Shown here piece by piece: positions 1 to 7,721 of a stretch of 10,760 nucleotides of DNA. The notes below the pieces were generated by a model that saw nothing but the letters and a program-made list of their open reading frames with translations, made no database searches and was not told the DNA's origin. Origin of the DNA: Bdellovibrionota bacterium (lineage in GTDB: Bacteria > Bdellovibrionota_C > UBA2361 > JBIKWN01); contig JBIKWN010000077.1 in NCBI GenBank assembly GCA_044356295.1, positions 1-10,760 of the forward strand, in the 5' to 3' direction. Within the stretch, counting starts at the first letter, position 1. Every line of letters starts with the position of its first letter. Both the position numbers and the translations under genes were made by a program.

Positions 1-3000
1 TTTAGGTCGATATTAACCTTTGAGCCGCGAGCTTCAAATGAAACTTTCACAGGACATTTTCCAGCGTGTCGCTCGAGTATTTGAAGTAACCTCGTAGCTC
101 GTTCTTGAAACTGATCTGCTTCGGTTAATTGCAGGATTCCAACACTTGCTGACTTATCACGCAATGTAATAAGGCTTTCAATTTTTTCGACAATGAGCTG
201 TGCTTTTTCATCGTTTACTTCTGTTTTACCAGTTATCAAAATCGGCTCATCAGCAGCAATTAAATTAGAAAACTTTCTATATGTATCTGGCCACACAAGT
301 GTCTCGATCGTACCGAGGGAGTCTTCAAAAACAAAAGATGCGTACCGATCCCCTTTTTTTGTATTCCTAAGTCTTAGTGCCGTTACAACGCCACCAACTT
401 TAACTGATGGTCTTGATCCTTGCCCTTTAATATCAACAGTATTAATAGCACCGAATTTTTTGAGTTCCGCTCTAAATTTTTCAAGAGGATGACCACTTAT
501 GTAGAATCCAAGCGCTTCTCTTTCATATGCTAGCTTCTGATTCACAGGCCATTCAGGAAGATTTCGTGTTCTTCGGACAAGAGTAATATCAACAGTATCA
601 CCTCCACCAAAGAGAGAAAGTTGATTAGAATTTTCTTGTTTATGTTTTGCTTGAGCATTTCGAAACAAAAGTTCCAAGGACTCAAAAAGCTCTCTTCGTG
701 ATTCTTTAAAAGAATCAAAGGCCCCACATTTGATAAAGTTCTCTACTACTTTTTTATTTAAAGCATTCAGATCAACACGGTCCATGAAATTATCAATTGA
801 AGTAAACGGCCCATCTTTTTGACGGGCTTCAATTACTGCTTCAACGGAGCGTTCCCCAATACTTTTGACTGCTTCTAATCCGTATCTAATCTTGTCGCCG
901 TTAACACTAAATCCGGCGATACTTTCATTCACATCTGGGGGCAGAACATGTATTTTTGCTTTACGGCACTCGTTAAGATTCTTTAGAATTTTATCCGAAT
1001 CATCCATTTCATGGTTCATAAGGGCTGCCATGAATTCGACTGAATAATGAGCTTTTAAATAAGCTGTCTGATAGGAAACTAAGGCATAGGCGGCTGAGTG
1101 GCTTCTGTTAAATCCATACCGTGCAAACGTTTCCATTTGATCGAAAATTTCATTTGCAAGCTTATCTGGAATTTTTTGTGCAGCAGTACCTTTTAAGAAA
1201 AAGATTCTCTGTTTCGCCATCTCTTCAGGATTTTTCTTACCCATCGCTTTTCTAAGGATATCCGCTTCAGCAAGCGAGTAGCCCGAAAGTACCCGAGCAA
1301 GTTGCATTATCTGCTCTTGATAAAGAATAATTCCATACGTGTCCGAAAGCGTCTCTTGCATTAACGGATGAAGGTAACTTACTTTTTCTTGTCCATGTTT
1401 TCGCTTTATATAATGCTCGACCATCCCTGCATCAAGTGGACCCGGTCGGTATAAAGCTAGAATCGCAACGAGATCATCAAATGAACTTGGACGAAGACGC
1501 ATCGTCATCTCGGTGATGCCACCTGATTCAAGTTGAAAAATCCCAGTTGTATTACCTGAACAAAGCAGTGAGAACACTTTTGCATCAACGAGTGGCAACT
1601 CATTTGGATCGATATCAATATTTCGAGATTGTTTGATTAGATCACATGCAGTTTTAATAACGGTAAGTGTTTTTAAACCAAGGAAATCAAACTTAACCAA
1701 CCCAACTTTCTCAACATAACTCATTGAAAACTGAGTTACATCTTTACCATCTTTATCGACCATCATCGGAAGCAGATCGATCAAAGGACGGTCCCCGATA
1801 ACAACACCTGCTGCATGGGTTGAAGCATGACGAGTAAGTCCTTCAAGCTTCATCGCCAAGGTTATCAGTTCGCGGCCTTCATTATTTGCATATTCCTGGA
1901 GCTTTGGTTCCATTTTAAGGGCTTCAGCAATTGGATAATCAAATCCTTGTCTCGGTGCAGGGATAAGCTCTGCGATTTTATTAGTCTCTGTGTATGGGAT
2001 ACCAAGGGCACGTCCGACGTCTTTAATAGCGGCTTTTGCTTTTAACGTTCCAAATGTTGCAATCTGAGCAACGTTTTCTTTGCCGTATTTCTCAACTACA
2101 TACGCAATAACTTTGTCCCGACCATGAATACAAAAATCAACGTCAATATCAGGAAGTGAAACACGATCTGGATTTAAGAATCGTTCAAAAAGAAGTTTAT
2201 TCTGGATTGGATCAAGCTCAGTGATTCGGAGCGCATACGAAACTAAAGATCCTGCACAACTTCCTCGTCCTGGTCCTACTGGAATACCATTTTCCTTAGC
2301 CCAGATAATAAAATCTGAGACCACAAGGAAATATCCTGCAAATCCCATCTTTCCAATTAATTCAATCTCAAACTCGAGACGTTGATAATAATCTTGTTTT
2401 TTTGCTTTATTAAATTGTGGGTCGTTTTTTTCAATAGTAGGAAAACGTTGCTCAAGTCCCTCTCTTGCAAGGTCTGCCATTATATCAATTAATGGTCTGG
2501 TATCATCGGTCTTAAACACTGGCATGTAATGTGTTTTAAAATCAAAAGACACATTACAACGTTCTGCTATTTCTACTGATGCTTTGATTGCTTCATCAAC
2601 TTTTGAATAATAAGAGAGTTCTTCTCTCATTTCATCTGCGGTTTTTAAGTGAAGGGTTAATCCGTCATGCCGCAACCTATCAGGATCCGTTATCTGCTTC
2701 TGAGTCGAGATACACATTAATACTTCTTGAGCGAAATGATCGTCTTTACTTAAATAATGGCAATCAGTTGTAGCAACAATTGGAATACCCATCGATGTTG
2801 CAAGCTCTAAGCATCCGGCATTTAATTTACGCTGATCATCGAGTGGATGGGGCTGGACTTCGAAATAAAATCGATCGCCAAGAAGCTTTGACATTTTTTC
2901 AACATAACGCCTTGCTTCTTCTATATTATCGTTTTCAATATAGGAATTAAATTCACCACCCATACATCCAGACGTTATGATTAATCCTTCATGGTATTTC

Positions 3001-3383
3001 GAGAGAACTTCAAAATCGATTCGGGGTTTGAAATAAAAACCTTCGCGGTATGCAATCGTGGAAAGCCTTGCAAGGTTGTGATAACCGACATTATTCATTG
3101 CAATGACAGTCAAGTGATGAATCGGAGATCCTCCCTGTGACTTTGGTCGTTTGTCATGTCTTGATGTTGGAGTCGTGTAAAATTCGCAACCGATTAATGG
3201 TTTAATTCCAATTTTTTGTGCTGTTGTAAAAAATTCAATCGCACCACAAAGATTTCCATGATCAGTCATTGCCATTGCAGGTTGACCGAGAGAAAACGCA
3301 CGCTCTAAGGCAGAACTAATTTTATTTGCACCATCTAAAAGGCTGTACTGCGTATGCAGATGGAGATGGACAAATTGCGACAT
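1..3383 (-). CDS. dnaE: DNA polymerase III alpha subunit (DnaE1 type), 3' end outside the window
   Basis: Translating from ATG 3383 gives MSQFVHLHLHTQYSLLDGA (PHP domain), then AMTDHGNL, GCEF, VGPGRGSCAGSLVSYAL, FERFLNPDRVSLPDIDVDFC (catalytic Asp motif) and the clamp-binding motif QLSLF (609-623). The frame was spot-checked at several motifs and at the left edge; about 1127 codons lie in the window. Confidence 0.98.
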   Translation of the reverse strand, partial: MSQFVHLHLHTQYSLLDGANKISSALERAFSLGQPAMAMTDHGNLCGAIEFFTTAQKIGIKPLIGCEFYTTPTSRHDKRPKSQGGSPIHHLTVIAMNNVGYHNLARLSTIAYREGFYFKPRIDFEVLSKYHEGLIITSGCMGGEFNSYIENDNIEEARRYVEKMSKLLGDRFYFEVQPHPLDDQRKLNAGCLELATSMGIPIVATTDCHYLSKDDHFAQEVLMCISTQKQITDPDRLRHDGLTLHLKTADEMREELSYYSKVDEAIKASVEIAERCNVSFDFKTHYMPVFKTDDTRPLIDIMADLAREGLEQRFPTIEKNDPQFNKAKKQDYYQRLEFEIELIGKMGFAGYFLVVSDFIIWAKENGIPVGPGRGSCAGSLVSYALRITELDPIQNKLLFERFLNPDRVSLPDIDVDFCIHGRDKVIAYVVEKYGKENVAQIATFGTLKAKAAIKDVGRALGIPYTETNKIAELIPAPRQGFDYPIAEALKMEPKLQEYANNEGRELITLAMKLEGLTRHASTHAAGVVIGDRPLIDLLPMMVDKDGKDVTQFSMSYVEKVGLVKFDFLGLKTLTVIKTACDLIKQSRNIDIDPNELPLVDAKVFSLLCSGNTTGIFQLESGGITEMTMRLRPSSFDDLVAILALYRPGPLDAGMVEHYIKRKHGQEKVSYLHPLMQETLSDTYGIILYQEQIMQLARVLSGYSLAEADILRKAMGKKNPEEMAKQRIFFLKGTAAQKIPDKLANEIFDQMETFARYGFNRSHSAAYALVSYQTAYLKAHYSVEFMAALMNHEMDDSDKILKNLNECRKAKIHVLPPDVNESIAGFSVNGDKIRYGLEAVKSIGERSVEAVIEARQKDGPFTSIDNFMDRVDLNALNKKVVENFIKCGAFDSFKESRRELFESLELLFRNAQAKHKQENSNQLSLFGGGDTVDITLVRRTRNLPEWPVNQKLAYEREALGFYISGHPLEKFRAELKKFGAINTVDIKGQGSRPSVKVGGVVTALRLRNTKKGDRYASFVFEDSLGTIETLVWPDTYRKFSNLIAADEPILITGKTEVNDEKAQLIVEKIESLITLRDKSASVGILQLTEADQFQERATRLLQILERHAGKCPVKVSFEARGSKVNIDL

Positions 3384-3429
3384 ACGTGAGGTTACACTTG
3401 AGAGGTTAGAACTATATTTACTGCAGAAC

Positions 3430-3458
3430 AGACTATCAGTTTAGAGTTTTAGTTTAAA
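3430..3458 (-). promoter_or_regulatory. Candidate sigma70 promoter for dnaE
   Basis: Minus strand reads TTTAAA-N17-TAGTCT with TG at the extended -10 position (TGnTAGTCT), about 47 nt upstream of the dnaE ATG. The AT-rich context makes a chance match possible. Confidence 0.3.
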
Positions 3459-3598
3459 GAGATTAAACCTATAAAAAGTTGCCTGAAATTGAGTAGGGAA
3501 AAAAATAATTATTTTATCATTGGTAAAGTCTGTCTTGACATCTTTATAAAATGTACTTTTGCGTCGTTGAAATTTTAGTTGGGGGATAGTTTGAATTC

Positions 3599-3634
3599 TT
3601 TTTGTAACGCGAAGGTCGCGAAGTACGCGAAGGA
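3599..3634 (+). repeat. Solo copy of a dispersed 36-bp REP-like repeat
   Basis: TTTTTGTAACGCGAAGGTCGCGAAGTACGCGAAGGA is 36/36 identical to the reverse complement of 7665-7700. Positions 3601-3634 match 7621-7654 at 33/34. Confidence 0.93.
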
Positions 3635-3853
3635 CTATTTGTTCTGAATTTTACCAATTACTTTAGATGCAATTTCTTGGGATGCAGTCATTGCTGCTTC
3701 AATTTTTTTAGGTTGTTTTCGTGGTGTTGAAATTTTACAACGAATATCAAGTAATCGAAAATATTCATTGAACAATGGTTCAGGTAATTCTTTTAATGCA
3801 GAACCCATATCTTGTAGAACTACTTTACTGACACGAGCAGTGTTGACGCTTTT
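3635..3853 (-). pseudogene. Probable frameshifted C-terminal part of the receiver-like gene, or a separate 57-aa ORF at 3635-3808
   Basis: An open frame reads KSVNTARVSKVVLQD-MGSALKELPEPLFNEYFRLLDIRCKISTPRKQPKKIEAAMTASQEIASKVIGKIQNK* and overlaps the end of ORF 3825-4331 in the +1 frame. There is no clear SD before ATG 3808. Confidence 0.5.
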
Positions 3854-4331
3854 CTAATAAGGAAGATGTATCACTAATGAGAGATACAATTTGATCGACC
3901 AGTAGCTCAAGCGGTTTTAGCCAAAGTTGAAATTCTTTTAGTGATGCCCTCTTTTTTGCTAGTTCGACAACTTCACTTAACGTTTCAACAGAATACGGTT
4001 GAAGAATTATACCATCGATTCTTGCTTGTCCAACAAAATGATAATGCCTCACGGGTGCAGCAGTTCTAAATGATTTACTTACTAATATAACTGGAATTCG
4101 ATCAAGATGTTCAATCGAGCGAACATCTTTAACTAAATCACGAGTCATTGGATCGTCGATATCACCTTCAATAAATATCCAACCTAAAGACTCCTCTTTT
4201 AAACATCGCTCAATAAACTGCACCGTAGTTTTTGAAATTATAACATCAGATGTAATTCGACTTGACGCTAAAACCTGCCTTAGATTTCGGCCTGTATGGA
4301 TTGAAGTTGTAAAGGCTAGTGCGGTTGTCAT
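3825..4331 (-). CDS. Atypical CheY-like receiver-domain protein, possibly truncated by a frameshift
   Basis: Receiver-like pattern: WIFIEGD (beta3), DLVKDVRS...DRIPVILVS (alpha3-beta4), IDGIILQPYSVETL (beta5-alpha5, normally ...KP[FY]...L), followed by a helical extension. Confidence 0.6.
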   Translation of the reverse strand: MTTALAFTTSIHTGRNLRQVLASSRITSDVIISKTTVQFIERCLKEESLGWIFIEGDIDDPMTRDLVKDVRSIEHLDRIPVILVSKSFRTAAPVRHYHFVGQARIDGIILQPYSVETLSEVVELAKKRASLKEFQLWLKPLELLVDQIVSLISDTSSLLEKRQHCSCQ

Positions 4332-4452
4332 AGTGGGAATCTCTTCACTACCTAATCAACACTACCCCCCGAATGTATTCAGTAAATTAACATTACCCTC
4401 TAAGAAAACAAAGATTACTTAGGGACTTCTAAGAATCCCCCCTAGTCATTAA

Positions 4453-5364
4453 TCAATCTTTTAATGATGCTGTTATGTTCTTTCCAGTAACCGCACCAGC
4501 AGGAATCGCAAGAAAATGGCAGGCAGCGCCGTATGCATCCTCGATTCGTACATTGGCTCTCGCTTGAGTTAAATCAAAATTATTCTTGATACCAGAGCCT
4601 GCAATAATAAAAGGAGTATACCGGCTATACAGATCTGACTTTCCATGATCTTTAGCTGCTCCACCATGGTCAGTGGTCAAAATGACAAGTTGCTTAAATG
4701 AACCTGCTTTTTCCTGAAACGCCGATTCAACTTTTTGAAACATTAGATCCGCATCATGAATTGCAGCGATCTGCTCTGACGAACCCCAACCTTTTGAATG
4801 TCCTACAACATCAACATTAGGAAAATGTACAAACGTAACATCGGGATTATGATCCCGTATGATTCTTTCTGCTTCTGAAGCGACTTGCTGATCGGAAATA
4901 CTTGTATCACTAGGAATATATTGCCAATCAATCGTGCCTGGCTTTGCTAATACAACAAACTTTGATTTTCCAGCTATCAATGCAGTAGTCAAACCAGCTT
5001 TTTTTGCTCTTGAAAAAAGAGTTGGAACAGCGGGATAGCGTGGATTATTTGTATACCTATCATCATTCCACAGGATTTTGTGTTTTGTTGGAGAAACACC
5101 TGTAAGCATACTGGTATGGGAGGGTAACGTTACTGCAAGATCAGTTGTTCTAGAATAAAACGTAAAACTACCTCTTGCCATTAATGCTCGTATGGCTGGA
5201 GCATCCGCTCGAAGCAGCACATCAGGTCGTAGGCCATCAATACTAACAATGAGTAGCTTTTTATTTTCTGCTAAAGCTAAGGGGACTCTAGTCATACATA
5301 TGAATAGAGCACCGAAGATTACCTGAACAAAAACAGATCGAGATGCTGCAAATATTTCTCTCAT
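4453..5364 (-). CDS. Exported alkaline phosphatase superfamily enzyme (type I phosphodiesterase / nucleotide pyrophosphatase)
   Basis: Motifs LLIVSIDGLRPD, TLPSHTSMLTG (Thr nucleophile typical of NPP enzymes), FPNVDVVGH and ILTTDHGG (metal ligands). The hydrophobic N-terminus ends in ALA-EN, consistent with a signal peptide. Confidence 0.9.
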   Translation of the reverse strand: MREIFAASRSVFVQVIFGALFICMTRVPLALAENKKLLIVSIDGLRPDVLLRADAPAIRALMARGSFTFYSRTTDLAVTLPSHTSMLTGVSPTKHKILWNDDRYTNNPRYPAVPTLFSRAKKAGLTTALIAGKSKFVVLAKPGTIDWQYIPSDTSISDQQVASEAERIIRDHNPDVTFVHFPNVDVVGHSKGWGSSEQIAAIHDADLMFQKVESAFQEKAGSFKQLVILTTDHGGAAKDHGKSDLYSRYTPFIIAGSGIKNNFDLTQARANVRIEDAYGAACHFLAIPAGAVTGKNITASLKD

Positions 5365-5408
5365 GAAAATCCCTATTTATTTTGAATATACTTACGTGGG
5401 CTACACGC

Positions 5409-5540
5409 CAATGTCATTACGTTAAGAACTTACGTACCGTGACCTTGAGCGTGAGCCTGAGCGTGACCCAAATAATTTACGCTCACGCTCAGGCCTACGC
5501 TCAAGGTCACGGAGTAGAAATACATTAACTGATGACATTG
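5409..5540. mobile_element. 132-bp non-autonomous MITE with IS4-like terminal inverted repeats
   Basis: Left end CAATGTCATTACGTTAA; reverse complement of the right end CAATGTCATCAGTTAA. Flanked by 11-bp direct repeats GGGCTACACGC (5398-5408) and GAGCTACACGC (5541-5551), 10/11 identical. No transposase ORF inside. Confidence 0.78.
5437..5512. repeat. 30-bp inverted repeat inside the MITE
   Basis: 5437-5466 (CCGTGACCTTGAGCGTGAGCCTGAGCGTGA) pairs with 5483-5512 at 28/30 positions around a 16-nt loop. The arms have 6-nt periodicity (GACCTT GAGCGT GAGCCT GAGCGT). Confidence 0.92.
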
Positions 5541-5574
5541 GAGCTACACGCATAACGATAATTCAAAAAAACTA

Positions 5575-6456
5575 TCAGGAATAGTAAAAACTTCCGAAAA
5601 TCTCATCCCACTCTGGCGGATTAAAGCCAAGCTGACCTCCATTTGAGTAATTTGTTAGCTCACCAAAAACGATTCGATCTTTTATCTGATAAAGATCTAC
5701 TCTCAACAGATCGATGCCTCGAGAAAGTTTTGCTGCGATCTCTAACATCTCTTTTAGTTTTGATGGTCGTTGCATCTCTGGATAGATTGGAAATCCATAC
5801 GTAACTGGTAATAAATTCCAATCAACATCATACATATTGATATATTTCTTTTTATCTACAATATGCCTTGTGTAAATAATTTTAGGTTGCCCATGGAAAC
5901 ATACTATTCGGTAATCGATTGGTTGTTTCTCGGCAAGTAACTCTTCGATAATTAAGCGAGGAGGAATATCTATATATGCCCATTCATTGAATTCGAGTCC
6001 ATAATTTCGGCTCATCCAATTTGTAGCATCTGCAATGAGTGTTTTTTTATCAACAACATCTCGATCATAGACAATATGACACCATGCGGAACCATGATTC
6101 GGCTTTAAAACGAACTGTTTGGGTAAATCATTAATATTAACCGCCTCAAGTTCATCAACCGATTTGAATACTTTATGAATTCTAGTTAAGTACGAATCAG
6201 TACCCAATCGCTCTATAACAAAATCTCGCACCTTAACTTTATCAGCAATGAGTGTGAGTTGTGGATTACGATCAAAAAGGAGTTTCTTGAGAAGAATTTC
6301 ATTGTAGGTTCGGGGAAGAATTAAATTTGGAATTTTTCCAAACAAGGCGATATAGCGACAAATAAGTCCAAAGCGACGTTTCTTATAAAAATAACGCCAA
6401 GTAATTTTATGGAAAAATTTTCTTAGCGGCGCAGGATAAGAGGAATAGTCATACAT
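5575..6456 (-). CDS. TupA-like ATP-grasp fold amidoligase
   Basis: Motifs IADKVKVRDFV, LPKQFVLKPNHGS, IPPRLIIEELL, DYRIVCFHGQPK, LRVDLY and FGELT match the ATPgrasp_TupA family. Start moved from 6513 to ATG 6456 (MYDYSSYP, 293 aa), which overlaps the alr stop as ATGTATGA. Confidence 0.87.
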   Translation of the reverse strand: MYDYSSYPAPLRKFFHKITWRYFYKKRRFGLICRYIALFGKIPNLILPRTYNEILLKKLLFDRNPQLTLIADKVKVRDFVIERLGTDSYLTRIHKVFKSVDELEAVNINDLPKQFVLKPNHGSAWCHIVYDRDVVDKKTLIADATNWMSRNYGLEFNEWAYIDIPPRLIIEELLAEKQPIDYRIVCFHGQPKIIYTRHIVDKKKYINMYDVDWNLLPVTYGFPIYPEMQRPSKLKEMLEIAAKLSRGIDLLRVDLYQIKDRIVFGELTNYSNGGQLGFNPPEWDEIFGSFYYS

Positions 6457-7558
6457 ATTGACGCGGCAATCGTCCGTTAAAAGAAGTAAAGACTTCATGA
6501 GAAATAGATTCAATCAGCCCTGCAACCTCGTTGATTGTAATTTCTTCGTTTTGTTGTTTACCGATAAGTACTACTTCATCTCCGTTAAAAGCTTCATCCC
6601 AGCCAATATCAACCATTAACTGATCCATGCATACTCGTCCAACAATAGGGTATCGCTTCCCCCTAATTAGAACAGATCCTAGATTAGATAGCCTTCTAAA
6701 ATAACCATCTCCATATCCAATAGGAACGGTAACTATTCTTGTTTGTTTACTTGCCCGCCATGTCGATCCATAACTAATTGGCGTCCCTGCTTCAACAACT
6801 TTAAAATACACAATACGTGAGACAACTGAAAAAGCAGTTTTTATATCAATCGATTTTTCAAGTAGTGGATTTACTCCGTATAATGAAAGTCCAAGGCGTA
6901 CCATATCAAAGACACCATTTGGATACCCAATCAATCCTGCTGAATTTGAAAGGTGAAACAATGCTGGATGATTTGGAAACACACTCAAAAAAATTTCACG
7001 ACATCGCGTAAAACGTGAAATCTGCTCATTGCAAAATTCTGAATTCTCATCTGCTGTAGCTAAGTGAGAATACACCCCTTTAATCACACAACATGAAGCA
7101 TCGCGGCTCGCTTGAAAAAAAGCATCGATATTTTTATACGAGACCCCGATTCGCCCCATACCGGTGTCAATCTTCAGATGAATTCCTATTTTGGTGTTTA
7201 ATTTTTCGGCAGTAGCGTGTATTGCGCGAATTTTATCAATTGAGGAAGCAGTAATTTCTAGATTGTGCTCTGCAAACAATTCGATCTGCTCGGAATTAAT
7301 TCCACCAAAAACATGTATAGGTGTCTTAATTCCTGCTTGCCTTAGCAAAATCCCCTCTTCGACTAAAGCAACTCCAAAATAATCTGCACCGATTGCTTCG
7401 AGTGCTTTTGCGACTTCAATAATTCCATGTCCGTAGGCATTCGCTTTAATGACTGCCATGCACTTTTTACCAGCAGCGATACTCTTTAATGAGCGATAGT
7501 TTTCGCAGATCTGGGAAAGATCTATCCTAATAATAGATGGTCTTTGATGAATAGCCAT
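6449..7558 (-). CDS. alr: Alanine racemase
   Basis: AVIKANAYGHG (PLP lysine), HLKIDTGMGRIG, YSHLATAD, HLSNSAG, VRLGLSLYG, ISYG (catalytic Tyr), PIGYGDG and GRVCMDQ; 369 aa. Confidence 0.97.
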   Translation of the reverse strand: MAIHQRPSIIRIDLSQICENYRSLKSIAAGKKCMAVIKANAYGHGIIEVAKALEAIGADYFGVALVEEGILLRQAGIKTPIHVFGGINSEQIELFAEHNLEITASSIDKIRAIHATAEKLNTKIGIHLKIDTGMGRIGVSYKNIDAFFQASRDASCCVIKGVYSHLATADENSEFCNEQISRFTRCREIFLSVFPNHPALFHLSNSAGLIGYPNGVFDMVRLGLSLYGVNPLLEKSIDIKTAFSVVSRIVYFKVVEAGTPISYGSTWRASKQTRIVTVPIGYGDGYFRRLSNLGSVLIRGKRYPIVGRVCMDQLMVDIGWDEAFNGDEVVLIGKQQNEEITINEVAGLIESISHEVFTSFNGRLPRQYV

Positions 7559-7620
7559 GTGATTCGATATCAGTATATAACCAATTTATTATTCTGAATA
7601 GAAGGGTTAGCTAAGATCAA

Positions 7621-7698
7621 TTTGTAACGCGAAGGACGCGAAGTACGCGAAGGATTTAATTAGATCCTTCGCGTACTTCGCGACCTTCGCGTTACAAA
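7621..7698. repeat. REPIN-like inverted pair of the dispersed repeat (long hairpin)
   Basis: Arm 7621-7655 pairs with arm 7664-7698 at 34/35 positions; the 8-nt spacer is TTAATTAG. It lies between the ECF stop codon and the alr start. Confidence 0.94.
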
Positions 7699-7721
7699 AA
7701 AGACTCTCAAAAAACCGCGCC

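Noticed and set aside
193..2773. Short ORFs 193-492, 542-727, 865-1047, 1827-2045 and 2588-2773
   Set aside because: All lie antisense to, or out of frame within, dnaE and show no recognisable motifs.
1..3383. Possible intein or split dnaE
   Set aside because: Motif spacing and length (about 1127 codons, reaching the C-terminal region) leave no room for an intein.
3535..3563. Perfect TTGACA on the plus strand
   Set aside because: No -10 hexamer at 16-18 nt spacing and no plus-strand gene downstream.
4420..4444. Imperfect hairpin downstream of the NPP gene as a terminator
   Set aside because: The stem is bulged and weak and has no U tract on the minus strand.
6457..6513. Longer N-terminus (ATG 6513) for the ATP-grasp ligase
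   Set aside because: It would overlap the conserved alr C-terminus by 65 nt; ATG 6456 gives a typical coupled overlap.
3599..7700. 36-bp repeats as a CRISPR array
   Set aside because: Copies are dispersed or inverted, with no regular spacers and no cas genes.
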